A DNA stretch of 64,000 bases from a virus: positions 1 to 64,000 of IMG/VR virus record IMGVR_UViG_3300033143_003851; one strand, written 5' to 3'. The translations under genes and the position numbers were made by a program. Positions 48,715 to 57,202 of the stretch are shown one piece after another (position 1 is the first letter of the stretch; every line of letters starts with the position of its first letter). A model generated the notes under the pieces. That model was not told the DNA's origin. It saw only the letters and a program-made list of their open reading frames with translations, and searched no databases.

Positions 48715-48797
48715 ACTAGGTATATACCTTTAGGTATATACTAGAACATAGTACTACTCTATGTTCTATACTATGTTCTATACTATAGTATATACAC
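48715..48797. repeat. Palindrome/iteron cluster (candidate origin element 2)
   Basis: GTATATACCT-TT-AGGTATATAC; TAGAACATAG/CTATGTTCTA; 2x TTCTATACTAT. Confidence 0.7.
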
Positions 48798-48834
48798 TGT
48801 GCATTAGAACCGTTTACTGTTTTTGATATTTACT

Positions 48835-48851
48835 AGGAAAGGTTTATAAGT
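48835..48851 (+). promoter_or_regulatory. Archaeal promoter of the late arm (probably leaderless first ORF)
   Basis: GGAAAGG-TTTATAAG, about 25 nt before ATG 48874. Confidence 0.7.
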
Positions 48852-48873
48852 AGGCGTAACTAATGATATAACT

Positions 48874-49056
48874 ATGAAAAGATGTGTTAGTTGCTCAGAT
48901 CAATTTAAATCTTGGTTGCCAAATGGTGTTATTTGGCCGGATGAAATTAATCCTGAGAGCTCTTATGGAGAACACACACCATATAATAAAATAGTTGTTT
49001 GTCCTTGGTGTGGGGGCAAATTAGATGATGTTTCTAAAGTTGTTACTTTTAAATAA
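48874..49056 (+). CDS. Small Zn-finger protein
   Basis: CVSC...CPWCGGKL. Confidence 0.6.
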   Translation: MKRCVSCSDQFKSWLPNGVIWPDEINPESSYGEHTPYNKIVVCPWCGGKLDDVSKVVTFK

Positions 49057-49069
49057 GAGGCGATAAATA

Positions 49070-49324
49070 ATGAGTTTTATGAAAGGTGTTATGTGTGATA
49101 AGTGTGGAACGCACTTAAATTGGCATTTTGAGTTGGATGGAAATATGACTTGTCAGAAGTGCCATGCCAAAGCTAATGAACGGATGAGTAGAATGATGTT
49201 TGATTTTGATTTACTGATTGAGCGATGTATGATGTCTTTAGATTCTGTGATTACTAAAGAGAGATATAATTTTTACGAAAAACTTGAGAAAAAGTTTTCA
49301 AATTTAAGAAAAAAATGGAAATAA
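49070..49324 (+). CDS. Zn-finger protein
   Basis: GAGGCGA RBS; CDKC...CQKC. Confidence 0.6.
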   Translation: MSFMKGVMCDKCGTHLNWHFELDGNMTCQKCHAKANERMSRMMFDFDLLIERCMMSLDSVITKERYNFYEKLEKKFSNLRKKWK

Positions 49325-49346
49325 CATATTATATATATTGTATCTA

Positions 49347-49417
49347 GCAACAGTAGTGTTAAAGGTAGCACAGGCCCAAGCGCAAGCCTAGTATTGGTTC
49401 AACTCCAATTTGTTGCG
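49347..49417 (+). ncRNA. tRNA-like RNA with intact acceptor, D and T arms but an aberrant anticodon arm
   Basis: GCAACAG/TTGTTGC; GTGT/GCAC; ATTGG-TTCAACT-CCAAT; AGGC-(10 nt)-GCCT. Confidence 0.65.
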
Positions 49418-49497
49418 TCCCTCCCAAACTGGCTGGAAGCAGAGCAACTAGGAAACTAGCGGTAACTGTGATATCGGGGTGAAAATCCCCAGGGGAA
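49418..49497 (+). ncRNA. Degenerate tRNA-like structured RNA
   Basis: TCCCT/GGGGA ends; CCA-AACTGGC-TGG; CTAG-GAAA-CTAG; GGGG-TGAAAAT-CCCC. Confidence 0.4.
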
Positions 49498-49500
49498 ACA

Positions 49501-49573
49501 GGGCCGGTAGCTCTAATGGTAGAGCGGTTGCTTTGCAAGCAAACGGATCTGGGTTCGAATCCCAGTTGGTCCA
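49501..49573 (+). tRNA. tRNA-Ala(TGC)
   Basis: G3-U70 pair; TTTGCAA loop; CTGGG-TTCGAAT-CCCAG; A73. Confidence 0.92.
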
Positions 49574-49574
49574 T

Positions 49575-49754
49575 ATGTGTTTTTGTTATGTGTTTTGGGC
49601 AATGTTTTTATTGTGTATGTTTATAGGGATATTTTCAACTAAAACATCAGCAGTAATTGGGGTTGGAGCCATGCTTTATTCAATATATTGGTGGTTCACT
49701 AGAAGCAAAGGTAATGAGAAAACTTGTTGTGAGGGTAAACATAATGTGTTGTGA
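49575..49754 (+). CDS. Small membrane protein (2 TM) starting 1 nt after tRNA-Ala
   Basis: MCFCYVFWAMFLL...; two hydrophobic segments. Confidence 0.55.
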   Translation: MCFCYVFWAMFLLCMFIGIFSTKTSAVIGVGAMLYSIYWWFTRSKGNEKTCCEGKHNVL

Positions 49755-49888
49755 AGATGATGATGGAACAACGAGCGTAACAGTTATTGATAATAGATGG
49801 TTTCATCCCCCTATTCAATATGGTTGGGTCTGTCCAAGGTGTAAAGCTGTGCATGCCCCTTCGTCGATGAATTGTTTTTGTAAACCAG

Positions 49889-50398
49889 ATGAGGAGAAAA
49901 ATGAAGGAAACTGAGTTGACCGGCGGAATTATCAAAGTCGAGAAAAAATTTTTAACAAGTAAAAATGCCACCCCTCTACTTAAGTTCTGGAAGGAGCACA
50001 TGCCAGAAAAATATGCCCAGTTTCAATCATATTGTGATGTGGTTGCCCAAGACCCATCCATCCACATGTCTGCCTTCGAGATGTTTGAAGTTGTATTAAA
50101 CCTGATGATTAAACATGATTTTATTCTTCATATGGATCAATCAGGTAAAAACTATAAGGACATGAATCAGGATGAGGCTCGCATAGCCGAACTAATCAGG
50201 AAGATGGGTTCCGAGGCCGTGAACCTAATCCATAGAAATAAGGGGGAAGTTATCCAACGAGATATATTGGATGAGTTACGAGACGGGTTTAAGGAAATTG
50301 AGATAACAAGGATTAGGGTTCGCAAGAAGTCTGGGGCGGACGAATTGGATGAGATGCTAGAAGCAGAAGAATCAGAGTACGAGATTGAGGAAGAGTAA
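49889..50398 (+). CDS. Probable terminase small subunit
   Basis: Helical, acidic tail, immediately before terL. Confidence 0.55.
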   Translation: MRRKMKETELTGGIIKVEKKFLTSKNATPLLKFWKEHMPEKYAQFQSYCDVVAQDPSIHMSAFEMFEVVLNLMIKHDFILHMDQSGKNYKDMNQDEARIAELIRKMGSEAVNLIHRNKGEVIQRDILDELRDGFKEIEITRIRVRKKSGADELDEMLEAEESEYEIEEE

Positions 50399-50400
50399 AT

Positions 50401-52149
50401 ATGGCAATGGCGCTCAAGGAATATATAGGCTCCAAAAATATCTTTATGGAAGAACTTAGGTGGCCAATTACAGTTGCTAAAGAGTCAAGCCGAGAGTTCG
50501 CCTACCAAGAGATGTTAAAAATATATAATCGAGCAAACTTCTATATGAACCACTCTAAGAACGAAAAAGAGTTGATGTTAAAAGTTTTTAACGACTATGA
50601 AGTTTTTTGTATATTTTTTCGCCGGCTAAACCTTAGTGATATAGATGGCAACATACAACTAGCATCCATGTATCCTACGCCAGCTCAATCTAAAATTACA
50701 GAGATGATATCTGAGTACGATACTATATATGGGATGTTCTCACGGCAGTCTGGTAAAACTGAGTGGGCATCTACATATGGTCCCTTCCAAGCTATTAGGT
50801 CTGAGGGATATATGTTAAATCTCCTAGCTCCCACTGAGAGGCAGTTAATTGTGATGAAAAATACCCACGATTTTCTTAGTGGGAATGAATACTTGAGGGA
50901 AAACTTCGTGATGCCTAACAAAGGGGGAGAACTTAATAAGGAGAGCATCACATTCGGAAGGAACAAATCAAGAATATCATCTATGACACTCAGTCAGGCA
51001 CACAGTGGAGACACGAAGAGAGGTATAAGTGGGCACTGTATCATTGATGAGTTTCCGCTGTTAGATAAGAAAACTATTGATGATCTTATTGAGCCTATCC
51101 AATCGAATGCAAGAATCAAGGTTAAGATTATATATGTGGGAACACCTAAGTTAGAATATAATCCAGATATCGAAACAGAAATGGATACGCTGATAGAGGC
51201 GGGTATAGCGGGCTTCATCCATGTAAACTGCTGGGAGAATATAGAGTTTGGGGCAACTGCCAGAGATAAGATATCTAGGCGATTCATTAAGTTTAATATT
51301 CCCTGCAAATATGGGAGGACAGGCTATTGTCCAAAGTTTTATAAAGATGGTGGGACATTTATTCCCCCAGACCCTAGGCGGGCAAGTTTTAAGTGCGACG
51401 AAGTATGTAAAAACTATGATTCATTTGTTATGGAGAATCTAGCAGAGTTTCCATCTGGATCAAATAGAGTGTTCCCTAAAAATTGGCTATATAATAATTC
51501 TCGGGCTGATGGCAGACTAACTCAACCTCACAATATCAGAGATGTTGGTGATAGGGTTATGTCAATTGATTTAGGGTTTGTTGGAGACCCTACAGTAATA
51601 TTAGTTTGTGATCCTGTTTTGAAAACGGGGATGGAAGAATATGCTCTTAGAGTTATTGGTTGGCACGAGATTCAATCATCTGGAGACATGAGTCGAGGCA
51701 ATGACCCACTAAGAGAGGCCATCCAGAGATACTACTTACTATATAATCCTAATACCATATACATTGATATCACTAGGAGTCGGGAGTTTGTATATGGGTT
51801 AGTTAAACATGGGGATAAACTTATCCCTAGAAATAAATTTTATGCGTGTGAAGTGGAGCGGAAGAAAAATTCGTTTGGTGTGTACTGGGCTAACCATGCC
51901 ACCAAACATGAGATGATGGTCAACCATAGGAGCCAAGTTCAGCAAGGGAATTGGATTGTTCCACAGAACCCAAGTGAGTTTTGGTCTACTTGGTTTAATG
52001 ACCACTACAAAACAAAGGCAGAGGAAAGTTCGGACCAAAGATATAAGCTATATCCAAATACTGGTCATACTTTGGCAGCTGCTATGCAAGCGAGTTTATG
52101 GCTTGCTGGAAAAGGAAGGGGATCTCCACCTAGTTTAATGGTGTTATAA
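50401..52149 (+). CDS. terL: Terminase large subunit
   Basis: SRQSGKT Walker A, CIIDE Walker B, GTP coupling motif, SIDLG..DPT RNase H-like nuclease. Confidence 0.9.
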   Translation: MAMALKEYIGSKNIFMEELRWPITVAKESSREFAYQEMLKIYNRANFYMNHSKNEKELMLKVFNDYEVFCIFFRRLNLSDIDGNIQLASMYPTPAQSKITEMISEYDTIYGMFSRQSGKTEWASTYGPFQAIRSEGYMLNLLAPTERQLIVMKNTHDFLSGNEYLRENFVMPNKGGELNKESITFGRNKSRISSMTLSQAHSGDTKRGISGHCIIDEFPLLDKKTIDDLIEPIQSNARIKVKIIYVGTPKLEYNPDIETEMDTLIEAGIAGFIHVNCWENIEFGATARDKISRRFIKFNIPCKYGRTGYCPKFYKDGGTFIPPDPRRASFKCDEVCKNYDSFVMENLAEFPSGSNRVFPKNWLYNNSRADGRLTQPHNIRDVGDRVMSIDLGFVGDPTVILVCDPVLKTGMEEYALRVIGWHEIQSSGDMSRGNDPLREAIQRYYLLYNPNTIYIDITRSREFVYGLVKHGDKLIPRNKFYACEVERKKNSFGVYWANHATKHEMMVNHRSQVQQGNWIVPQNPSEFWSTWFNDHYKTKAEESSDQRYKLYPNTGHTLAAAMQASLWLAGKGRGSPPSLMVL

Positions 52150-52433
52150 TGAAGAAAGATAAATTTAATAGATTAGAAAATGATTGCCTTGTGATTTTAG
52201 CTGAGGTAGCAAGGAGACGTGGGGAACCTCAAACATATAATAAAATATCTGAATGGACAGGTGTGCCACTCACCACAGTTAGAGTGATATTGTCTTGGTC
52301 GTCTAAGCCTGATAATGCCCAACAGAATGACATGCTGTATAAGGTAGCCAAAAGGTTTGGATATGATTATTTAATTATAAGAAAACCGAAGAAGATTATA
52401 GATGTCATATATAGGGGATTAGTTTATGGCTGA
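52149..52433 (+). CDS. Small HTH protein
   Basis: YNKISEWTGVPLTTVRVIL. Confidence 0.65.
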   Translation: MKKDKFNRLENDCLVILAEVARRRGEPQTYNKISEWTGVPLTTVRVILSWSSKPDNAQQNDMLYKVAKRFGYDYLIIRKPKKIIDVIYRGLVYG

Positions 52434-53841
52434 AGAAAAAAAGCAAGATGAAGAAGATAAGCCCACCATGTTTGTTGGGGCAACAGGTCGCAGGTCTGGA
52501 GGAACGTCTAGACCTGGGTGGGTTAATAAGTTTAGAGATGATACTGCTGGTGGACAAGAGAGCACTAGGTTTAGTGTGTATGAGATTTATGATTATGCGA
52601 AGTTTGGACCACAGGAGTATTTTCAGGCGTGGGATGAAGAGGATTTAGTAAATCCTTGGTTTACCTATCTACTTGATTTTATTAATAATCAACTGTTTGC
52701 AAATTATCACTTTGAGGGAAAGGGGGCTCCGGCTGTCGAGAAATATTGGCGGGACCACAATATGTATAATAAGATATGGCAGTTAGGTAGGACCACATTA
52801 AAGTATGGGACAGGGATTGCCCAGAAAATTAAAACAAACCTTGGCGGTGTTAAGGGGTTGCGAATATTTTATACCCCTGATTTCAAAGTTGATAGAGATG
52901 AAAGGACGTGGGATGAGAAGTGGAAGTATAGTGGTACTGGAGATGCCATCTCTGACACATGGAAATATAATGATGGCAAGTCAAAGAAGTTTGTTATACT
53001 GAGACCGTTTAATAGGCCAGAAACTCCTTGGGGATTCGCTATCGCTCATCAGTGTTATCACGCATTACAATCGCTATATAAAATTACAATAGAAGATATT
53101 CCTGCTGGAGCAGAGAATTTTATGACTATTGAGAGGGTTATTAGAGCAGACTTTAGTAACTATGTGAAGGAAGAAGATAAGTTGGCAGCTGGAAAAACAC
53201 TTCAGGAAAATTGGAGTCGAGCTAATCCAGCTAAGGGAGATATTAGAATTATTGATAATCATCACGAACTTGGATATATGGGTTCACTTAGTGGTGGGAC
53301 TCCAGCTAGGAAGTTGGAACACATCATGTCGTTTATCGAACCCCTTATGTCTGTAGTTCTGTTGAATTACTATATGGCTATTGGTATCATTAGGCAAGAT
53401 GGGGCTAACAAGTCTTTAATCAAAAGACAAGAGTGGAAGGCTTTCGAACTGATGCAACCAATTAAAAAATATGTTGCTGAGGAAATTATCCGGCAATTTA
53501 TTGAACCTCATGTCATTAAGAAGCGACAAGTTTATCTTGTGCATGACCCCCCATATGAGATGTGGTTAGAGCGGGCTGAAGAGGCTATCGCATTATATCA
53601 GGGGGGCATAGTGCCCAGAGAGTGGGCACAGAGTCAGATTGGATTTAATCCAGAGGAATTTAAAAGGAGATACGGCACATCGAAATTCACATATGTTGAA
53701 GATATTGAGAAAGAGTTAGGGCAAGCAAATGCTGGCCTTAAAGAACCTAAGAGTCGCACAAGTGGACAAAAAAGGAACCCTGAAAGCGAAAAGGGTAGTG
53801 ATAACGATAGTGCAACAGGAACAAAGAGGGAGAAACAATGA
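52426..53841 (+). CDS. Portal protein
   Basis: Position, 471 aa, LKYGTG, PWG, GIVPREWAQSQIG. Confidence 0.8.
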   Translation: MAEEKKQDEEDKPTMFVGATGRRSGGTSRPGWVNKFRDDTAGGQESTRFSVYEIYDYAKFGPQEYFQAWDEEDLVNPWFTYLLDFINNQLFANYHFEGKGAPAVEKYWRDHNMYNKIWQLGRTTLKYGTGIAQKIKTNLGGVKGLRIFYTPDFKVDRDERTWDEKWKYSGTGDAISDTWKYNDGKSKKFVILRPFNRPETPWGFAIAHQCYHALQSLYKITIEDIPAGAENFMTIERVIRADFSNYVKEEDKLAAGKTLQENWSRANPAKGDIRIIDNHHELGYMGSLSGGTPARKLEHIMSFIEPLMSVVLLNYYMAIGIIRQDGANKSLIKRQEWKAFELMQPIKKYVAEEIIRQFIEPHVIKKRQVYLVHDPPYEMWLERAEEAIALYQGGIVPREWAQSQIGFNPEEFKRRYGTSKFTYVEDIEKELGQANAGLKEPKSRTSGQKRNPESEKGSDNDSATGTKREKQ

Positions 53842-54071
53842 GTGAAGAAGATATTACTAATAACGAACTTTTAGAGGCCATCACTAGTGAATTTAGTGAT
53901 TTTAGAGACGACATCCAAGAATTACATGAAAAAGTTGGCGAAGTGAAGGGAGAACTCAGTGCCCACAAAGAAGACACAAGTGCCCACATTTATGAGGGAA
54001 AAGGGAAAGTTTTCGCCGGTTTAATCGCTACAATGGTAGTTATTTTGGAAGTAATTGCCACAATTATGTAA
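53838..54071 (+). CDS. Coiled-coil plus C-terminal TM protein (holin/XhlA-like)
   Basis: Heptads followed by a hydrophobic C-terminus. Confidence 0.55.
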   Translation: MSEEDITNNELLEAITSEFSDFRDDIQELHEKVGEVKGELSAHKEDTSAHIYEGKGKVFAGLIATMVVILEVIATIM

Positions 54072-54095
54072 TTGTAGATTAGAGAGAGTGAGTAA

Positions 54096-55061
54096 ATGTC
54101 TAAGAAATATCGGGTTAAGTTTTTGGATCTCAATACTACATACCATGATTCAGATAAAGAGGATCATGTTGGGATTCATCCTTCTTCTCATGTATTAGCC
54201 CTGTCTCAAAATCGTGAGCGGGCACTTAAGGGAGAAATTCCTGTTACTCTCAACCATTCCAATGACAGGATAGGGAGTGTTCTCAGTATTGATTTAGATG
54301 AGAATGGGATTCCTGTTGCCATTATTGAAGTCGAAAAGGATGTCGATGTTAAGGGAATTTCCCCTGGGTTAAAGACGAACGATGTTCAAGATGGCTTAAT
54401 CATGGATTATGATCTCGATCATATTACAATTGTGAATAGTGATGATATTCAATCTAGAAAACCATTTGAGAGTGGTGATATGATTTTGTTAGGGGCAGAT
54501 ATTATGGTTGAAGAAGAGAAAAAGAAAAAAGTTATACTGAATCCAAAAGATGATCCAGACATTGCTAAAGAACTTATGAAGAAACTCAAACATACTGAGA
54601 TTGAAAAGGAGAAGCAGGAAAAGGAACTTGAACTTAAGTTGAAGAAACTTGAGGACATGGAAACTAAACTTGCTAACTCTATGGAAAAAATTAAGCAGTA
54701 TGAAGATGAGCAAAGAACTAAGTTAATTAATGAGTTGTCGGATTCGGCAAAAAATATTATGGTGGAAGGTGGGATTGACATCAATGTTGTTGATATGGCT
54801 ATTTTAGAACAGGCAGTCAAACTGTCTAATATTAATAAACCAACAACTACAGACAAAGTCAAAGAGGAAGTATTAGATGCCGGAGTTCCGCCTCCTGAGA
54901 GGAACACATCAACTCCAGAGAAAGAGCAGATGACGAAGTTACAGGAAATCAGCATGGCTTCTAAGTATAAAAGCGGTTGGAAATATTTTACTGAAGAACA
55001 AGTAAAGCTCGCTAAAGAAGCTCTGGAGAAACATAAAGATTTATTTAAGAAATACTACTAA
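54096..55061 (+). CDS. Prohead protease-scaffold fusion
   Basis: PVTLNH, GISPG, DHITIV protease motifs; K/E coiled-coil C-terminus. Confidence 0.8.
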   Translation: MSKKYRVKFLDLNTTYHDSDKEDHVGIHPSSHVLALSQNRERALKGEIPVTLNHSNDRIGSVLSIDLDENGIPVAIIEVEKDVDVKGISPGLKTNDVQDGLIMDYDLDHITIVNSDDIQSRKPFESGDMILLGADIMVEEEKKKKVILNPKDDPDIAKELMKKLKHTEIEKEKQEKELELKLKKLEDMETKLANSMEKIKQYEDEQRTKLINELSDSAKNIMVEGGIDINVVDMAILEQAVKLSNINKPTTTDKVKEEVLDAGVPPPERNTSTPEKEQMTKLQEISMASKYKSGWKYFTEEQVKLAKEALEKHKDLFKKYY

Positions 55062-55072
55062 GGAGATATAAG

Positions 55073-55942
55073 ATGGGAAATTATGGAACATATGCTGGAG
55101 AATATCTTACCAGCAATAAGATTTTTACGGTGGATTGGTATGAAGGCACGCACGCTTCTGTTGCTACAATTCATTTGCCTGGATCTGGAGTTAGACAGGA
55201 TGGTTATACCATCACTGTTCCGATAAAGGATGGTAATTTTGTTAAGGTATATACAAGTGCTGATAACGCTTTTCAGAAAGTTGCTGCTGATGACGATGGC
55301 GCTAAGGTAGTTGGTATTGCTATTGACTACCCTCAGGGCGACACTAGTGGTGTAACTCGAAGGACAGGAAATTGTTACTTTTTTACACCCGGAGATATTA
55401 TCTTATGCACAGTTGATCCGGCTAATTCTGCAATTGTGATTGGTGATCCAGTTTCTATTGGAGCCACTGCTGTTGTGGATACTGCGTGTCATGGGGCATA
55501 TGTTGATAAGGCTCCTGCTGGAGATCTTGGTTTTGGATATGCTTTAGACTCTGCTAGTGCAGCTGCTGGTGCTGGTAATTATATTCGGGTTATGATTAAG
55601 GCCGAGATGACTCGGGATCAGACTATTACAGCTAACTTAGGGGCAACCGCTTTAGAGCAAGTGATATATCCTTTGTTCCTGGCTCCATATGCTGGTGAAC
55701 TTATGTATGTCCGATATAAGGCAACTTCAGCTTCTGGAGATGCTTCGGCTAATATTGCAGTTGCAGGGGCAGATATTTGGTCTTCGGATAAGACTGATTT
55801 TGGTGCAACAGCTAAAGGTGTGGTTCCTGATGCAGCTACGACTTTTGCAGCTGGAGAACTAATTGCTTTAGATGTTAGTGCTAATGGTACTAATGTGGAC
55901 GGATTAATGGTTCAGTTAGAAGTTCGATATAAGGTTAGGTGA
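55073..55942 (+). CDS. Capsid decoration/cement protein with C-terminal extension
   Basis: Between scaffold and MCP; VVGIA, AIVIGDPV, GYALD..AAAG..IRV. Confidence 0.7.
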   Translation: MGNYGTYAGEYLTSNKIFTVDWYEGTHASVATIHLPGSGVRQDGYTITVPIKDGNFVKVYTSADNAFQKVAADDDGAKVVGIAIDYPQGDTSGVTRRTGNCYFFTPGDIILCTVDPANSAIVIGDPVSIGATAVVDTACHGAYVDKAPAGDLGFGYALDSASAAAGAGNYIRVMIKAEMTRDQTITANLGATALEQVIYPLFLAPYAGELMYVRYKATSASGDASANIAVAGADIWSSDKTDFGATAKGVVPDAATTFAAGELIALDVSANGTNVDGLMVQLEVRYKVR

Positions 55943-55949
55943 TTAAAAA

Positions 55950-57071
55950 ATGGCTTACGCAGATGATCGTGGGGCTATGGGTGGTTTTCAGGGTGATTCG
56001 CCTCTGGCGATTTTCCATCCTGAGCTCTGGCTCGCAGATTGGCAAGAATATATGGAAGCAGAGTTAGTGCTTGGGGCTATTCCGCCCGTTGAGACTCTTA
56101 ATGATGAGAGTTTCTTGTATGAGATTCATACCCCGCCTGGCTCTGATTCTGGGAAAAAGTTTCCCGCAGTGTATCAGTTTGGAGCTCAGGTTCCTTCTAT
56201 CACTGTGTCTGAGATTACAACTGGATCTGGGTTTATTACTGGTCGAGCATTTAAGACTATGGTTTCTCCTCGGGGACAAAACTCATTTAATGGTGTTTCT
56301 CGGATTAAGAAGCATATGTTAAATTGGTGTGGAGATTGGATTGAGAAAAAAGTGTATCAGGATATTACAGGTGATACACTTTCTTCGGGGACATCTACTG
56401 TTACTTGGGCTGATAGTGGCGTGTTTGATACTTTCCTTGATACTAATATGAATGGTGGATATTGTAGTTCTGGTGGAACCACAGATATGATTTGTATCGG
56501 TCAGGTTGATGGTTATGAGTGGGATGCCAATAATGGCGACCCTATTGATGACTTCACACGGATTGCAATGATTATGAAAAACCAGATGAAGGTTCAGGGA
56601 ACATCTGATACTACAATTACGATGAACCCTTCAACTTCGGTGGCACTTTTAGATAGTATCTCTATGGGTGCATTATATCGGTATCTTAGGGATGATGGTA
56701 TCTATTACGACAAGGTTGGTCTTGATGCAATTACAGTGCCTTCGCTGTTCGGTTTAACGTTTAGGCCTGCTGATCGTGGACTGCCTACTGGAACAGTTGA
56801 TATTGGTAACGTGTCTACTGGGTATGGACTTTGTCTTATGTATGATACTACAGATGTGCCTTTCAAAGGATATCAGTATTTCTTAGATAATTGGCATGGT
56901 TGGTCTCGTGGTGGGACTGTTAGTGGTTGGGACTTTATGACTAAGAGCCAGTTCGTTCCTGAGGGAGAGGGCGAGTTCGAAGCTAATATGCATCTTTCCA
57001 TTAACAATAAAGTTTGGTATCCTAAGAAACTTGTGCTTTATGGTGGATTCAGATCTGCAGAAAGTATCTAA
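55950..57071 (+). CDS. Major capsid protein (HK97 fold)
   Basis: Position, 373 aa, WD...DPIDD motif, followed by a terminator. Confidence 0.8.
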   Translation: MAYADDRGAMGGFQGDSPLAIFHPELWLADWQEYMEAELVLGAIPPVETLNDESFLYEIHTPPGSDSGKKFPAVYQFGAQVPSITVSEITTGSGFITGRAFKTMVSPRGQNSFNGVSRIKKHMLNWCGDWIEKKVYQDITGDTLSSGTSTVTWADSGVFDTFLDTNMNGGYCSSGGTTDMICIGQVDGYEWDANNGDPIDDFTRIAMIMKNQMKVQGTSDTTITMNPSTSVALLDSISMGALYRYLRDDGIYYDKVGLDAITVPSLFGLTFRPADRGLPTGTVDIGNVSTGYGLCLMYDTTDVPFKGYQYFLDNWHGWSRGGTVSGWDFMTKSQFVPEGEGEFEANMHLSINNKVWYPKKLVLYGGFRSAESI

Positions 57072-57101
57072 ATACTTTCTACAACAAATAGAATGACCCT
57101 T

Positions 57102-57147
57102 GGGTGGATGGGTATAATCCACCTAATGTTCTTTTTTTAAAAAAGAG
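57102..57147 (+). terminator. Hairpin plus T-tract after MCP
   Basis: GGTGGAT/ATCCACC, then CTTTTTTT. Confidence 0.6.
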
Positions 57148-57202
57148 CGTCAAGAATGTTTATATATATAAGCTAGCTCAAAAAAAATAGAGGTGAATTA
57201 AA

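Noticed and set aside
49418-49497. SRP RNA, RNase P RNA or hammerhead identity for the structured RNA
   Set aside because: Only a fragmentary GGAAGCAG similarity; required conserved cores and length are missing.
18139-49573. tRNAs as attachment sites of a provirus
   Set aside because: No integrase, no duplicated tRNA 3' ends and no host-like flanking genes in the window.
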